The notes under the pieces are model-generated. The model had not been told where the DNA came from. It did no database searches and saw only the letters and a list, made by a program, of their open reading frames with translations. From Lama glama (Eukaryota): DNA of 64,000 nucleotides. The DNA lies in assembly GCA_028534125.1 (NCBI GenBank), contig CM052817.1:16122001-16186000 (forward strand), in the 5' to 3' direction. Position 1 is the first letter of the stretch. Each line of letters opens with the position of its first letter. Both the position numbers and the translations under genes were made by a program. Shown here one piece after another: positions 50,680 to 63,924 of this stretch.

Positions 50680-51340
50680 TCACTGATTTCAGAGTTGGAA
50701 GGGGCCTGATAGATTGTGTCATCCAGGCTGTCATTTTCCAGAGGAGGAAAGCATGACCCAGGAACTCATGCAGTTAAGGGCAGAAGTCAGGACCTGTCGC
50801 CAGTGAGCCCTAACTCTGTGCCCAGCAGCCAGTGGCATCACCTCCCATAATCTTGAAGACAACCTCACGAGGTAGGTGTTAATTCTTCTTCCATTTTGGA
50901 GATGAAGGACACTGATGCACAGAGAGGTTGCTAATTGCTCAAAGAGACACACACAGATAATACATGGCAGAAGCAAGATTCAAACCCAGATTTTTCTGAT
51001 TACAGAGCCTTACCTCTAACCACTACACAGTACTACAAAGACATCACTAGTGGTGCTATTTTACAGTAAATAAAATAAAGCATAGACTCGGGAATGAAAA
51101 GGTATGGGTTTGACTCCTGGCTCTGTCACTGATCGGCTAGGGAACTTCCATGAAGATCACCAACTGCCCTAAGAGGACCTCACTGGCCAAACAGAGATAA
51201 TAACAACCACTTGGAAGGGTTACGGGGAAAGCCAAATAAGATCATTCAGCCATACATCAAACATGTACGAGCACTTACCATGCATCAGGTATTATTAAAG
51301 AGCTAAGGATGCAGTGTCACAGCTCCAGTGCCCCATCCTC
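50680..51340. mobile_element. MIR/L2 cluster (MIR3 and MIR on -, ~50680-51030; MIR on +, ~51075-51240; L2 tail on -, ~51240-51340)
   Basis: agagttggaagggg; ccattttggagatgaaggacactgatgcacagagaggtt...gattcaaacccaga; gggtttgactcctggctctgtcact; gagcacttaccatgcatcagg. Confidence 0.7.
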
Positions 51341-51979
51341 AAACCCAAACCCAAAGCAACACAATAGGGGCTTGGTGGCAACGGAGGGGTAGAGAGTTGC
51401 TGACTGTGACTCTCTGTTAGCTGGAGAGAGAGGTGGGCTCTGTCTGGCTGGCTTTTTTCTCTCCGACTCTCCACGTCTCTGTTTCTCTGCATGTATGTGA
51501 AATACAAGAGCTCGTTTTGGTCACTGGAGTGACCATATATAGTACAAGAAAGTTTCCATTTCTTAGGAGCCTTTTACCCATCCCTCACCTGGCATTTTTT
51601 TTCCTCTCCAGAAGACCCTTTAAGGGAATCTAATCAAACCAAGGTTTTATGTGTGTGTGTCTGTATGTGTCTGTGATTACTGTGTCCCCATATTTTTATT
51701 AATGTAGATATTCTTGGGAAATTTTTACCTTGTATTCTCCATAGATACATTCTCTCTAATTTACTAAAGCTGAGAAAATACTGATAGTTTACATTTGAGC
51801 CCTTACTGTGTTGCAGGCTCTGTACCAACACAGTCCATGTAGTATTTTCAGACACAGCTTCTAGTAAAAGGACTGGAATATCAAGCACTTAATCAGAAAT
51901 TTCGACTCCTTACTCTAAAGAAGCCTGCACTGGAAAGTCAGGTTTCACTTACTCTGATTTTTTTTTTTAGCCACACAAT

Positions 51980-52380
51980 AATTTTTTATTGAGCGTCTAC
52001 TGTGGACCGAGCACCAAGCTCACAGAGATTCTGCTCTCACAGAGCTCAGAGTTTGGTAAGGGGAAAAAACATGCCAAGGAATTGTGATCAGCAAATTGGA
52101 ATTGTGCTATAATTGAGGTGAGATGTGGTGGTGCACAGAGAAAAGGTTGGTGAGCACTCTTTCTCTTAGAAAATGAGGTGAGGCTTCCGAAGCCTCCTCT
52201 ATGAAAACAGACCACAGATGTTTAGGGGCTTGTGATCCTAGTTACCACTCTACCACCGACTTTCTGTGTGATCCTGGGCAAGTCACTTGACTTTCCTAAG
52301 CCCCTAGAGTCCCATACTCTAAAATAAGGTTAGGGATAGGAAATAAGGGTAAGGCTACCCACCCTCAATGCAGTCATGAG
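51980..52380. mobile_element. L2 (-, ~51980-52200) and MIR (+, ~52230-52380) fragments
   Basis: tttattgagcgtctactgtg...ctgctctcacagagctcagagt; tgtgtgatcctgggcaagtcacttgac. Confidence 0.65.
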
Positions 52381-55300
52381 GATGACACTCCTCTGCAGGA
52401 GTTAGAATCTGAGACCTACACGTGTCAGGGGAAAGAGCTGTGTAGGCAGAATTCAGCCTCCACAGTAAGTCGTTAGCTGGCCTTTAGGAGTGAAAAAACA
52501 TGGTGCCAAAGCCAAATCACTTTTCTTTGCACTCTGGAATCTCACTTAAGGCGGCCAGTGGGTGCACACCCTGCAATGGGGTACAAGGGAGACACTTGAG
52601 GCTGCTGGCCCCCCGGGGCATCTCCATTTCCACCATCCTCTCCATGTGCCGCCTTCTCACGGCTCCTGTGCCCCGTTCCCTAACTCAAACCCAAGCAGCA
52701 AGATGGATGCCGGGTGATGGTGGAGGCGTGGAAGGGAGCGGACTGTGTGGGTCTGTGTTAGATGTCAAGGGAGATGTCCATCTGTCTTGCTCTCTCCCCT
52801 GACTCTCCATGCCTTTGTTTCTCTGCATCAACTTCTCCAACTCTCTCCCCCACCCCCTGCACCCCGAGCCTCTCCCCAATTTGATCCTTGAATCTCAGTA
52901 AATTAAACAAAGAGAAGGTGGACTTCACTCTGTGTAAAATGCTTTGTGTCATCGGAAAATGGAGTACAAATACCGGTGACTGTTACTAGTTCACGTTAAT
53001 GCCGTTCAAAGCCTCCCCGTAATTTTCCAGAAAGGTATGTCTTAGGCTGAAGCCCACAAGGACTATATAATAGACTCTGGAAGAACTAGAAGCCAAGGAG
53101 AAGGAGTCTTAAATCAGAGGCTTAGACGCACAGAAGTTCTGTGTGTCAGGTGAGAGGAGGACTTGAATGCTTACTTCTCTTTTAATTATCTGATGCTCAC
53201 ACTACCCTCCTTTGTTGCCTTCAGCTAGAGCTGATAAGGAAAGACACCAATAAATATCTTGGCGGTCTGAAGGGAGAAGCCATGTTTCATGGGACTCCCT
53301 GCTTCTACAGCTGTTGTTAAAATATTACTGCTAATTAGCTGGCTAGTTATATATAAACCCTTACAAAGGAGTATTTTTACACAATCATAAAATAAATTAA
53401 ACTACCAAAAATTCATGCTGTTAATTAAAATAACCCCTGTAGGAGGGGGAAAAAATCGCTACAAGGCTGAGGTAAACAGGAGGCAATTTCACCGGCACAA
53501 ACTGATTAATTTTATTTCCCATTACATGTATTTGCTAATATCATCAAAATTAGGAAATAAAGCAATTTTGCCTTTGCGACAGGAGTTCCAACGGAGGTGG
53601 TCCCTAGCAGAGGAATGCAGGTAGTCAGACATACCCTTGGCCCGAGGGCAGCTCTCAAAGACACCTCTCCGGAGGGCCGCACACCAGGTAGGGTGAGAGA
53701 GAAAGGGGGCATCTCCCCAGGCCACCGAGCTCTGGGACCATCCGTGACATGACCCGTCCCAGCCCCCTCCCAAGCAAAGATGAAAACATTTATGGATACG
53801 GGGGAAACTATGATGTTGAGGGGTGGCTGGAGGGTGTAGAAAATGAACAAATCCACCCCCAGGTCCAGGAAGGGCCAAGATAATTTACTCTTAATTTATG
53901 AACATGCTTTGCATACCCTCTCCTGCACGTTTCTCCTGCCCCAGATATTACAGTGGGCTTGTACTATTCTGAAGTCTGTGTATAATTCCTCCACTTTAAA
54001 TAATTACCCAAACCCTTTGTGGATCATTCTCTTATAAAAGATCACAAGGGGTTAATCAAAAAGCCTAGAAAAGACTTTTGTAACAAAAACAAACCAAAAA
54101 AAAAAAAAGGCTATTTAGGAAAGAATGAACTCAACCTTCAAGTTCTTTCCTCTTTGTCTGCCAGCCAAGTTAAATGATAGACTTTGATTCAGCAGGAGAA
54201 CCCCTCCAGACACATAACATTTTAATCACTCCTGATCTCCCCGCCCCAAATTGTTCAAAGCAAGTATTCACCTGAAAGTGTATCCCTAAGAAGCCTAAAT
54301 AGGCTACCTTGTACCCCTTTTGGTCAACCAGAAATACTCCCCATTGTTTTGGATCCATCATCTGTTTGGTTATTTTCTAGCACCTTTAGGCGGCGTTCAT
54401 TCACGCCTCTACCCCTTAAAATTCATCTACAGACACAAATCTCATGTGGCACCTCGTTTTACGAGATGGCTCTTCACAAAGACTCACGGGCTTTGTCAAC
54501 AGGACACCAAACATCTGGAAGAAGAGGCAAAACTTGGGGCCTCACTCCAGATGTTTTATCTTTGCAACTCCAAACATCCAGATGTTCAGAGGGGGAAAAA
54601 TACCAGCGTTTTATAAATAACGCTCTGCCTTTGACAAAGAAAACGAACAGGTGCAGGAACGATCCAAAAGAGCAGATAAAATGGGAAATACTCATTGTGG
54701 CTTCTGTGCGGGTTGGGGTATTTTAGTCCCATCACTGTGCTCTGCTGTAAAGGTTTCTTCCAAGCAGCATTTGGGACAGATTCATGATAACATTAGTCCC
54801 CAGCTATTAGGGAGGCGATCGTCAGGGTGTCTGCGGCATGCCAGAGCCCCAGCACCAAGTCCTGTGGATTCTCTCTCTCTAAAAGCTCCAGCCCGCTACT
54901 GCTGCCCGGGTGAAAGATCTCTTTCCTCCTCATCCTGACCGCGGCCCAGCCCTTACATCGGATGTTCCTGCTTCCGCCCTTCACCTCCACACAGCATCCA
55001 ACTGACTGTGCTCAAGCTGCAGCTGAGGATCTCAGGCTCCCTCAAAGCCTCCTCCTCTTCAGGATGAAGCCCAACATCTCTGCACAGTCTGCCGGGCTCT
55101 TGGCCAGCGTGTGATGCTCACTGTGGACACCGGCCCCGTGCTCCAGCCTGCGGAGGATAACTTGCTGTGTTCTCGAATATCCCTGTAAATCCTCATGCCT
55201 GCCTGTCTGTGTGTAGTTGCAGTTTCCCAAGCCAGGACACCGGCTTGGAAAAGGCCACTCTTTTCTCACGAGGGTTCAGGAGTTACCTTCTCCAGAAAGC

Positions 55301-55759
55301 TTGCTCTGGCCTCCCAGCAGGGTCACTTGCTCCATCCTTGATGCTCTCAGTGCGTGTATCTCAGGGTCTGATCCGATCTGGTCCACAGCTAACCACGACC
55401 AAGTCTGTCCTGTCACCCACTAACTAGCTCTTAAATTCCCTTCAACAGCCTGTATCTTAAAACAAAGACAGAAATCGATAGCCCCCGAAGCCCTGCTGAT
55501 CTCACCCACCTCTGCAGTCTGGACTCCAGTCCTGCTGGGCTCCATCACCCCGTTTCAGCAGTTGTCATCCCCTCTGATTGGGATGCTACCCCGACCCCTC
55601 CCCTTCCAACCTCAGAACCTTTCTTTCCCACTCATCCCTCACAGCTCAGAGAAAACAGTCTGTTAGCTATAGAAACATTTCCCAATCCCTCTTTTCCACC
55701 CAATTTGAGCCAGCTTTTGTGGTTATGGACACACAAAACCACGTCCCTTCCCCTCATTA

Positions 55760-56075
55760 CACTTAAGTCAGTGCAGTCTTATTATATATTTATTAAGGTG
55801 AAATTTTGATTGTCTTTCCCTTCCATCAGACTACAAGCTCTACTGAGAGCAGAGATGCTGCTCTGGCTCCATTGTATCCCCAGCTCCTAGCAAGGTACCT
55901 GGTTCATCATAACTGCTTATAAATGTTTGTTGAATGAATAAATGCATGTTTATATCCATGAAACATATCACTGTGACCATAATTCGCTCCCTGAGGGCAG
56001 AAGCTGTATTTTACTCATAGGTGGGTGCCGCCACAGATGGGTTCTCAGGATGTGCTTGTTGAAGGAATATTGAAT
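55760..56075 (+). mobile_element. Two successive L2 3' ends
   Basis: agactacaagctc...ttgtatccccagctcctagcaaggtacctgg...aaatgtttgttgaatgaataaatg; gctccctgagggcagaagctgt...tgttgaaggaat. Confidence 0.75.
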
Positions 56076-56079
56076 GTGG

Positions 56080-56270
56080 ATTCAGAGAGGCAAATTTTAA
56101 CAATTCAAGAGAGTGGTTCAACAGTTAAGCATCCTCCTTCCCATAACCGTGAGCTCCTCATCTCTGGAATCATTCAAGGATAGGACAGATTGACCATGCC
56201 AGAAATACAGCAATTCAACCAGTGGACTTGATCATCTCCCATATCCTTTCCAGCCCTTGTGTTCTATGGT
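56080..56270 (+). mobile_element. L3/CR1 3' end
   Basis: gtgagctcctcatctctggaatcattcaag...gatcatctc...tcctttccagccc...ttctatg. Confidence 0.6.
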
Positions 56271-57119
56271 GCAACTAGAAAGGACTAGAAAGAGAGTGGA
56301 TGTAAGGAAGAGAGATCTGCAAAACATGAGTGAAATTGCAACCCTCCCACCCCTCAGAAAGGAGAGTTTCAGAACAAATGGGAAGAGGAGGATTTTGCCA
56401 AGGTTCTCTTAATTGCTAGCAGGTAGCAGACTTGAGACGCTCTGTAAAATATGCGTGTGATGGCTGAAAGGGAGATGTCAAAGATTACAGTCTTAACTCC
56501 CTGTCTGATGTCTACGCCTTCATTCTTAGCCTGGCCCTTACTTCTAGATTTAGATGCAGCTCAAAAGAGACTCAGACTTTGAAGACCCAGGCAGAAAATT
56601 GTGCTAGTCACATGGAATCATTTTGACTGTTTTCTCAGCTGTTTCCTAAGAAAACAGATTTAACATTTGTCACCTTCATTTCCCAAGAAGGAGAGCGATT
56701 TCACTTTCTCCTGAAGCAAAAACCACAAGGTGGATTTGGCAGGAGCTGAGTGCAGAGCAGGGTTCAGAGGAATGGTGTGTTGAGGGTTTCTGTGTTTTTG
56801 TAATCTTTCTAGATATTCACATTCAAGAAGCTGGATGGACTGCCCACACCTCTGCAGAGGGCTTCCTGATAGTGAGCCCACCCGGAAACTTCTCCTCCAC
56901 CCCCCTCACCCTTTCTCTTTCCCTGCTCCCTGTTTCACATCTTTGGCCATAATTAGTCAGCTTCTGGAATATAAGAATGGCTGGGGGATGGAAGTGGAGG
57001 GCAAGAGAAGGATGAACCAGAACTAAGCAACACATGATGAAAGGGGCCCACAGGACTGCCTTTTGTTTCTCTGCAGACCAAATTGACAGGTCATATATCA
57101 GGTCATATCATCAAATCAT

Positions 57120-57350
57120 AAATTTTTGACTATGTATCCTACACTGTATTTTTACATATATATTAGTTCACTGATTTTCAATTGCTTTACAAGTTAAGGA
57201 GTATTATTTTTATCTACCAGGTGAAAAATTTAAGGTTTAGACAAACCAAAAATCTTGCCCAGAGTCACGTCAACGAGTGACCATTAGTGTTGTAGCCCAG
57301 ACTCAAACCCAGGTTTCCTGTCTCCAAATTCAGGTCTGCTAACTACATCT
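57120..57350 (-). mobile_element. MIR SINE
   Basis: cttgcccagagtcac...cagactcaaacccaggttt. Confidence 0.65.
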
Positions 57351-57419
57351 GAACAATCTCAGAGAGACTCAGTGAAGATCTTCATTAACAAACACTCAGT
57401 TCGCTGTCACACTAGATCA

Positions 57420-57632
57420 GCCAAGTCTGCTACCTGCCAGCGATTTTGCTCCCAAGGGGACATTCAGGAATGCCTGGAGACATTTTTGGTGGTCACAAGG
57501 GGGAGGTGCTACCATCACTGAGCAAACAAAGGCTAGAAAAGCTGCAAACATCCTTCAATCCACAGGACAGCCCTCACGACAAAAAATGATCAGGTCTTAA
57601 ATATTAACAGTGCCGAAGTTTGGAAACTTTGC
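57420..57632. mobile_element. MER20 (hAT-Charlie MITE)
   Basis: gattttgctcccaaggggacatt...ctggagacatttttggtggtcacaa...aaacatccttcaatccacaggacagccc...aacagtgccgaagtttggaaac. Confidence 0.85.
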
Positions 57633-59284
57633 ACACTGGACGCCCCCATTCTTATGTAAATGAGTTCTCTGCTGCCAGCTTATGACCTTCTGTGTTTAAC
57701 AGGGAATTGTAACTTCTGGATAGATAGTTATGTGTTTAACAATGTCTGGAATTGGCCAAGGTTCTTTGTAAGGATGAAAAAAAAAAAAAGAGGGAGAAGA
57801 AAAAGAAAGAGAAAAAAGAAAATAATGAACAAGAAAGAGAGAAGGAGAAAACTAACATCAGAAACCTAGACCGCAGCACTCAGCACTCAACAGCTGGACG
57901 GCATCGTGGAAGTCCACCCCAGTGACAGCTCAACAGGCTGCTTTTGCGTCTTCATGAATAACACAATGTGCTGGGCAAATGCTTTTCCCCATTTAGAAAC
58001 AGGTAGTTAATGGGAATTGAAGTGATCCAATGCCATGTACCCCAAGGTTACTTACATCACAGGCATGGGTGGCCTGGAGCTCATAAATAAAGCATTGGAG
58101 CGTCTTATTTTAGGCCCCGGTCAGATAAGCAAAAGCTTGCATCATGTGAACGGAGCCCACAGCGCGATATGACACTGAGCCTGCTAATTTCAGGACCTCT
58201 TGGAATGTGACATTTCGAGCGCAGGACACTGAGTTCATGCCCTGTGGAAGCTCCGTGGCCCACCATGCCTTAATTTTCCGTCATCGCCTTGATTCAGCTG
58301 CCGTGAGAGAGGCTGTCACCAAGCTGGACTTCAACTGATGCCAAGCTCGTTCCCTACTATGCGGAAGTTAATTTGAGGCACATTTGCAACTTATAACTCT
58401 GATTTACTCATTTGCTGGTACGAGGACCACACACAGCTTGTCAGCCCGCCAGCTCATACAGACTATTATCCTCGGAAAAGGTTTGGCCCAACTCATGACC
58501 CAGCTTGGCAGCTCAAAAAACAGCTGCCGGACAATGGCGGAATGTGGAGTTGAGTATAAGAAAAGAAAAATGTCTATTCTTTCCCGCACATTTTTACATA
58601 TAATTATGTAATCATATCCCTATTCAGATACTTTGACATAAATTGGGCTTAATTAAATTGTTGCTGATTTGTTGTTTTATTATTAGTTCATGGCTTGTTT
58701 GCTGATATCCACCCACAAGCCGTGTGCAACACACACACAAATACACACACACTGATGCTCAGTCATACTAGTGTTGTTGTTTTGAAAGTAATGAAAATGT
58801 TCTCTGTGAATAATTTATCTATTTGACAGAATCACGCAATTTTTCCAAGAGTGCTTATTCACGTGCTATACAAATGGCTGGATGAATAACGCTAAGGTGA
58901 TCATTTGCCGGTGTTACTGTCTCTTTTCTCATAAGACTTCTATACGCTGATCATATCAATCAAACAATGTACGTTCTGCATGAAATAAATTCTCCTTATT
59001 ATAAAAAAAAATCCCATAATAAATGTATTTCCCAATGATCAGTATGACACTTTTCCTCATTCAGACCCTGGGGCCCCATGAAAACATCTTCAATATACAT
59101 TTGTAAACTTGAATCTGGGATAAGACATATGTTCTGAATTTTCCTATAGGGTTCTATAATTAGTTGGTCATTGTCTAAAAGCCACACCAAATCACCCATG
59201 AAACCATCTTCCGGGGGAAGGGCACATACCACCCCTCCCAGTCCACTTGGAATCTGTTCGGGTACCAATTCCTCTGCCTCTAAC

Positions 59285-60250
59285 ATAGTTTCTCAAAGTG
59301 TGGGCCTCAGAATGCCTGCCTGTTAGAAATAAAGATGATAATGAGCTCGTTGGGGTGCTTATTAGAAATGGAGATTCCAATGCTGGAGAGGGTGTGGAAA
59401 AAAGGGAACCTTCCTACGCTGTTGGTGGGAATGTAGTTTGGTGCAGCCACTATGGAGGACAGTACAGAGATTCCTCAAAAAACTAAAAATAGACTTACTA
59501 TATGATCCAGCAGTCCCACTCCTGGGCATATATCTGGAGGGAATTCTAATTCAAAAAGACATATGCACCCCAATATTCATAGCAGCACTATATACAATAG
59601 TCAAGACATGAAAACAACCTAAATGTACATCAACAGATGACTGGATAAAGAAGCTGTGGTATATTTATACAATGGAATACTACTCAGCCATAAAAAAGAA
59701 TAAAATGATGCCATTTGCAGCAACATAGATGGACTTGGAGATCATCATTCTAAGTGAAGTAAGCCAGAAAGAGAAAGAAAAATACTATATGATATCATTC
59801 ATTTGTGGAATCTAAACAAAGAAAAAAGAAGACACTAATGAACTCATCTACAAAACAGAAACAGACTCACAGATATAGTAAACAATCTTATGGTTACCGG
59901 GGCAGGAAGGAGGTGGGAAGGGATAAACTGCGAGGTCAAGACTTGCAAATATTAACTACTACACAAAAAATAGATTTAAAAAAAAACGAATATCTTCTGT
60001 ATAGCACAGGGAACTACATCCAATATCTCATAGTAACCTATAATGAAAAAGAATATGAAAATGAATATATGTATGCATACGTATGACTGAAACGTTATGC
60101 TGTACACCAGAAATTGACACATTGCAACTGACTACACTTCAATTTAAAAAAAAAGAAAGAAAGAAAGAAATGAAGATTTTGAGATGCCATGCCAAATCGA
60201 TTAGATCAGAATCTCCGGGGGAATCCGCACTTCCAACAATATATACAGGT
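59285..60250. mobile_element. MER5A split by an L1 insertion (left half ~59285-59376, right half ~60179-60250)
   Basis: tttctcaaagtgtgg...gcttattagaaatg(g)agatt | ...agatcagaatctccgggg...atccgcactt...caggtga. Confidence 0.6.
59377..60165 (+). mobile_element. 5'-truncated L1: ORF2 C-terminal cysteine-rich region plus 3' UTR and poly(A)
   Basis: Translates [51 protein letters not shown], then an in-frame stop; TSD agaaatg(g/a)agatt at 59364-59376 and 60166-60178. Confidence 0.95.
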
Positions 60251-61379
60251 GAAATTGACTTTCTTCTTTGAGTCTTGAGGAATATGGATTGAGGGGTAGA
60301 GGAGAGAAGGCAAAAACATACTATTAGACAAATTTTCCTGGAAGAAGGGATGCAAATGAGACTAGAAAAAGTGCTCATTAACTCTCTGCATTTGAAGTAA
60401 ACTAATGTTAAAAATTTCATGCTAAAAATCATCAGTTGGCTAACATCCTACACCCTCTAAACCTACCAAAAAAAAAAAAATCTAGTCTTCAGAACAATAA
60501 CCCTGAGGCTTCACATAAAGAAAAAGGCATGAAAAACAGATATAAGCATGTTTCCATGATATATCTTAGAATGAACTTTCAACCAAAAAGGTTTAAAAAA
60601 AAAAGTTTTCCAAGGAAAAACTCCATTTACCTCCCAAGTGTTCTAGTTCTATATTTTGCCAGATAATAATCTCTGGTTTCCTATCCCAGCCCATCATCAT
60701 TGTGATGACAGAGAAAAGTGACTAATTCAAAGTTCCAGAAGAGGCTCAAAAAGTAAAACAGTAACATAATTTACACCCAAGTGATCAGCCCTATCCTCAG
60801 AATTAGATTTGAATCCGTACAGCACACCCAGGGGTTGCCAATTTCATATAGCTTTGTTAACCTCATTCCCAGTCATTGCCAGAACTGGCTGAGAAAGTGT
60901 ACGCAGTGTGTTCATGCAGCAAAAGTGAGATCATTTATTAATGTCGTGCTGTGGCTATGGGGATGGGAATGGAGTCACAGGGCCTGTTTCACCTACCAAA
61001 GATTTCTACCAGCCCACAGATAAAGAGATTTGGGGATACAGACTAGCATTCCATAATGCCCATCAACTCAAGTGAAAACTCTTGCAGGGAAGAACTTCAT
61101 GTCTTCTGTTCCTCTCTTCCCCTGTTCCAACTAACATCTGGTGGGGAATATTGCTGCCCCCTGAAAGATACATGTGGCTTGATAAGAAACATCCCAGGAG
61201 GGTTGTAAGCCAACCTTGATTTGTGGCTACGAAGACCAAATAAAGCACATTCAGAACCTTCTGTTTCCAACACAGGGACCTGGATTTCTTCCCCGGAAGA
61301 CTCAGAGAGAAGGTGGCAGCCTCCCCACACCTGGGGAGAAAGTGTATCAACCACAAGCTCCTTGCAGATTCAGATTCTT

Positions 61380-61600
61380 TTGCTTTGGAACCAGAGAGAA
61401 GGAAATTGACCTCCCCTCAGCCAAGAACCATGACACCTCTGCCTGGACCCCAGCTGTATTCGAGATTTACCGTGTGGCCTTGGGCAGCTCGTTCAACCTC
61501 TCACAACCTCTCAGTGTCTTCATTTCTTCATCTGGAAAATGAAGATGCTACCTACACCACGGGCACAACGTTTCAAGGTTAATGCATGAGGTGGATATTG
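61380..61600 (+). mobile_element. MIR fragment
   Basis: tgtggccttgggcag...ctcagtgtcttcatttcttcatctggaaaatg. Confidence 0.6.
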
Positions 61601-62579
61601 AAATGCACCATTGCAGGGGAACGTCTAATTCGGGGGAGGCAGTCAGGCACAGCAGCGCACTTCTGGGTGGTTATAACGTATGCGGGATCGCAAAACGGGG
61701 CCCTAAGGTTAGTAGCACACATGACGAGTGCAGTTTGCAATACACCACCTGGCGTCTTTTATTGTTATTGCCAAGTGCAGTTGATAAAGCAAACAAAGCA
61801 AAGGGGCAGGAGCCCTCATTTATCAAACATATTGATACAAATCTGATATTGACAGGCCACAGGCCGCTTTTAGATTTAGATCAATAAATCCATTTCATGA
61901 TACAGTACAATCCCAACACTTTGGCCCCAAATCCATCCAACTAGATATTTGAAATCCATCCTGCTTTGCCTGCAGTCTGTCAAATGTCGCCATGGAGTGC
62001 AGAAGCCACCCTGCCAAGTCTATATCCTGAACTAAATCCCAGTGGAAACTTCCCAGATATAAATAACCACTACGAACATACAGGGAAGAAAAATAGCTAT
62101 GAAGTTTCACTCGTACTTTTTTTTTCCTTTTCGCCTATGACAAGTAAAAAAAAAAATCATAGAGTTACTCACTCTAAAAACAATCTAAAACCAGAAGGTT
62201 TAACCAATTCAATTTTCTAGTCACTGTGACAACTGTTTTCATCCGTGGAACAGCGTTTGGGGCACGTATACAGGCCTAATCCCGTGGTGCCCTCACAGGC
62301 AGGCCCCGCTGGAAACTCTGAGAGAAGCTTCCGTTCCTGTGGGCAGTGGCATTTGATGACACTCAGAATCTCATGCCATGAAGGCAGGTTCTTTATTTAC
62401 AGTCTGAGAGGGAGAACCTTTCCTTCTACTTCTGAGTTGATTATTGCGATCCCGGGGAATCAGTGGCAAGGAAAGTCCAGTTTAACAGGGAGTGGGGAAA
62501 CCCACTTGGTGTTTGCAAGGCCCCAGAGAGTAGCAGAAAGAAAACAGAACGCTGAGCTTGAAACCTGGCATAGCAAGAC

Positions 62580-62750
62580 TTAAATCAGGCAGAACCAAAA
62601 GCACATGGTCTCAGTTAAATCATTTTGCCTCCTGGAGCCTCAATTTCCCCACTGCCCACGGTGAAGAGAGCTGTGTGAGAATGAAATCGCATGAAACCCC
62701 TGGCACAATGCCTATCGCATAGTAAGTGCTCAGTAAATATTTGTTGAAAC
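62580..62750 (+). mobile_element. MIR fragment
   Basis: gagcctcaatttcccca...gtgagaatgaaat...cctggcacaatgcct...catagtaagtgctcagtaaatatttgttgaa. Confidence 0.65.
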
Positions 62751-63924
62751 ACAATCTGAAACGAGAAATACTGAATTATTGATAGCTCTCGTTAACCAAT
62801 GGGCAAAAGTTTATGTATTCAATGCATACCTTTTCCCAAGCACTATATGGGGGGGATGGAGCGGTAAGAAGAACAGATTACAATGTTGATCTCAGGTGAA
62901 GACAGAGAAAATGCACAGGACTGGATAAGCAGACCAGTGGTGTCTCCATATGAGACCCAGATCTGGGCAGGCATCCCACCCACATCCAGGACTGGGAGCC
63001 GGGTAACTGTCCAAACACATGCCTTGCCCCATAGTAGCTGGTTACACTCCAGTTTCTTACAACTTACAGACTAACGCCTGTGCTCCTTTGCCCAGGAAAT
63101 GCAAATTCATTGTAGTATTAGCCTCAAACACGTTGTTAGGAAGATAAATCTGCTGCAAATATAAACACCTAAGCATGGATTGGTTTAGGATTATCTAAAC
63201 ATCCAAAAGAAAGATTCCAGAGCAGACACAAGTGCCATCCTGAAAGCTGAAGGTAAATGAAAATGCCACATAGAGTATTCAACTCTTTTTCCTATTGACT
63301 TGAACTAGGCATCTGCATTCTTGGGGCATGGCACTTTTGATATCTGGCCTCAGCGCACAATGAAAGAAGAAGATGGGGGAAAAGAGAAGAGGAAGGAGGA
63401 GGGAAGGAGGAAGAAGAGGAGGAGAAACTAAAAATCTCCCCAAAAGCCTAGACCTCAGTCCGGCCACTCAAGAGACATTCAGAGCCAAGGGGGTGGAAGG
63501 TCAGGGAGTGGAAGGAGGATTTTTTTTCCCCTTCCCAGTGGAATTACTAGAAATGGGAGAGCACTCAACAAGCTACAAGGACTTCCCTTCTCCTGGCTTC
63601 TCTTCCAAGGGTAAACTGACTTGCTTCTTTCCCAGAACTTAAAGGATCTGTTGTTGTTTTACACAGAATGAATATTTAAAGGCAACAGTGGTAGCCCCAG
63701 TCTCTACTTGCCCCTGGAATTTCCCAGGCCAAAATCATATGGGGACCGTCCACAGGATCTTCATCATATTAGATGTCACCCTTACTATTATTTGTTTTAT
63801 ATGACTCATTTAAATCAAGTCTTTTTTTTATTATTGTTCTAGGCAGTAAGACCTATAAAACCATGGTTTTTATTCTGCTAGTTATATTTTCCTAATACAC
63901 ACTAAGATAAATCATTATTATTAA

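Noticed and set aside
59298..59486. ORF ending [13 protein letters not shown]...
   Set aside because: Off-frame translation of the L1 ORF2 end fused to MER5A.
63716..63725. Perfect NF-kB site GGGAAATTCC on the minus strand
   Set aside because: Isolated 10-mer with no supporting cluster.
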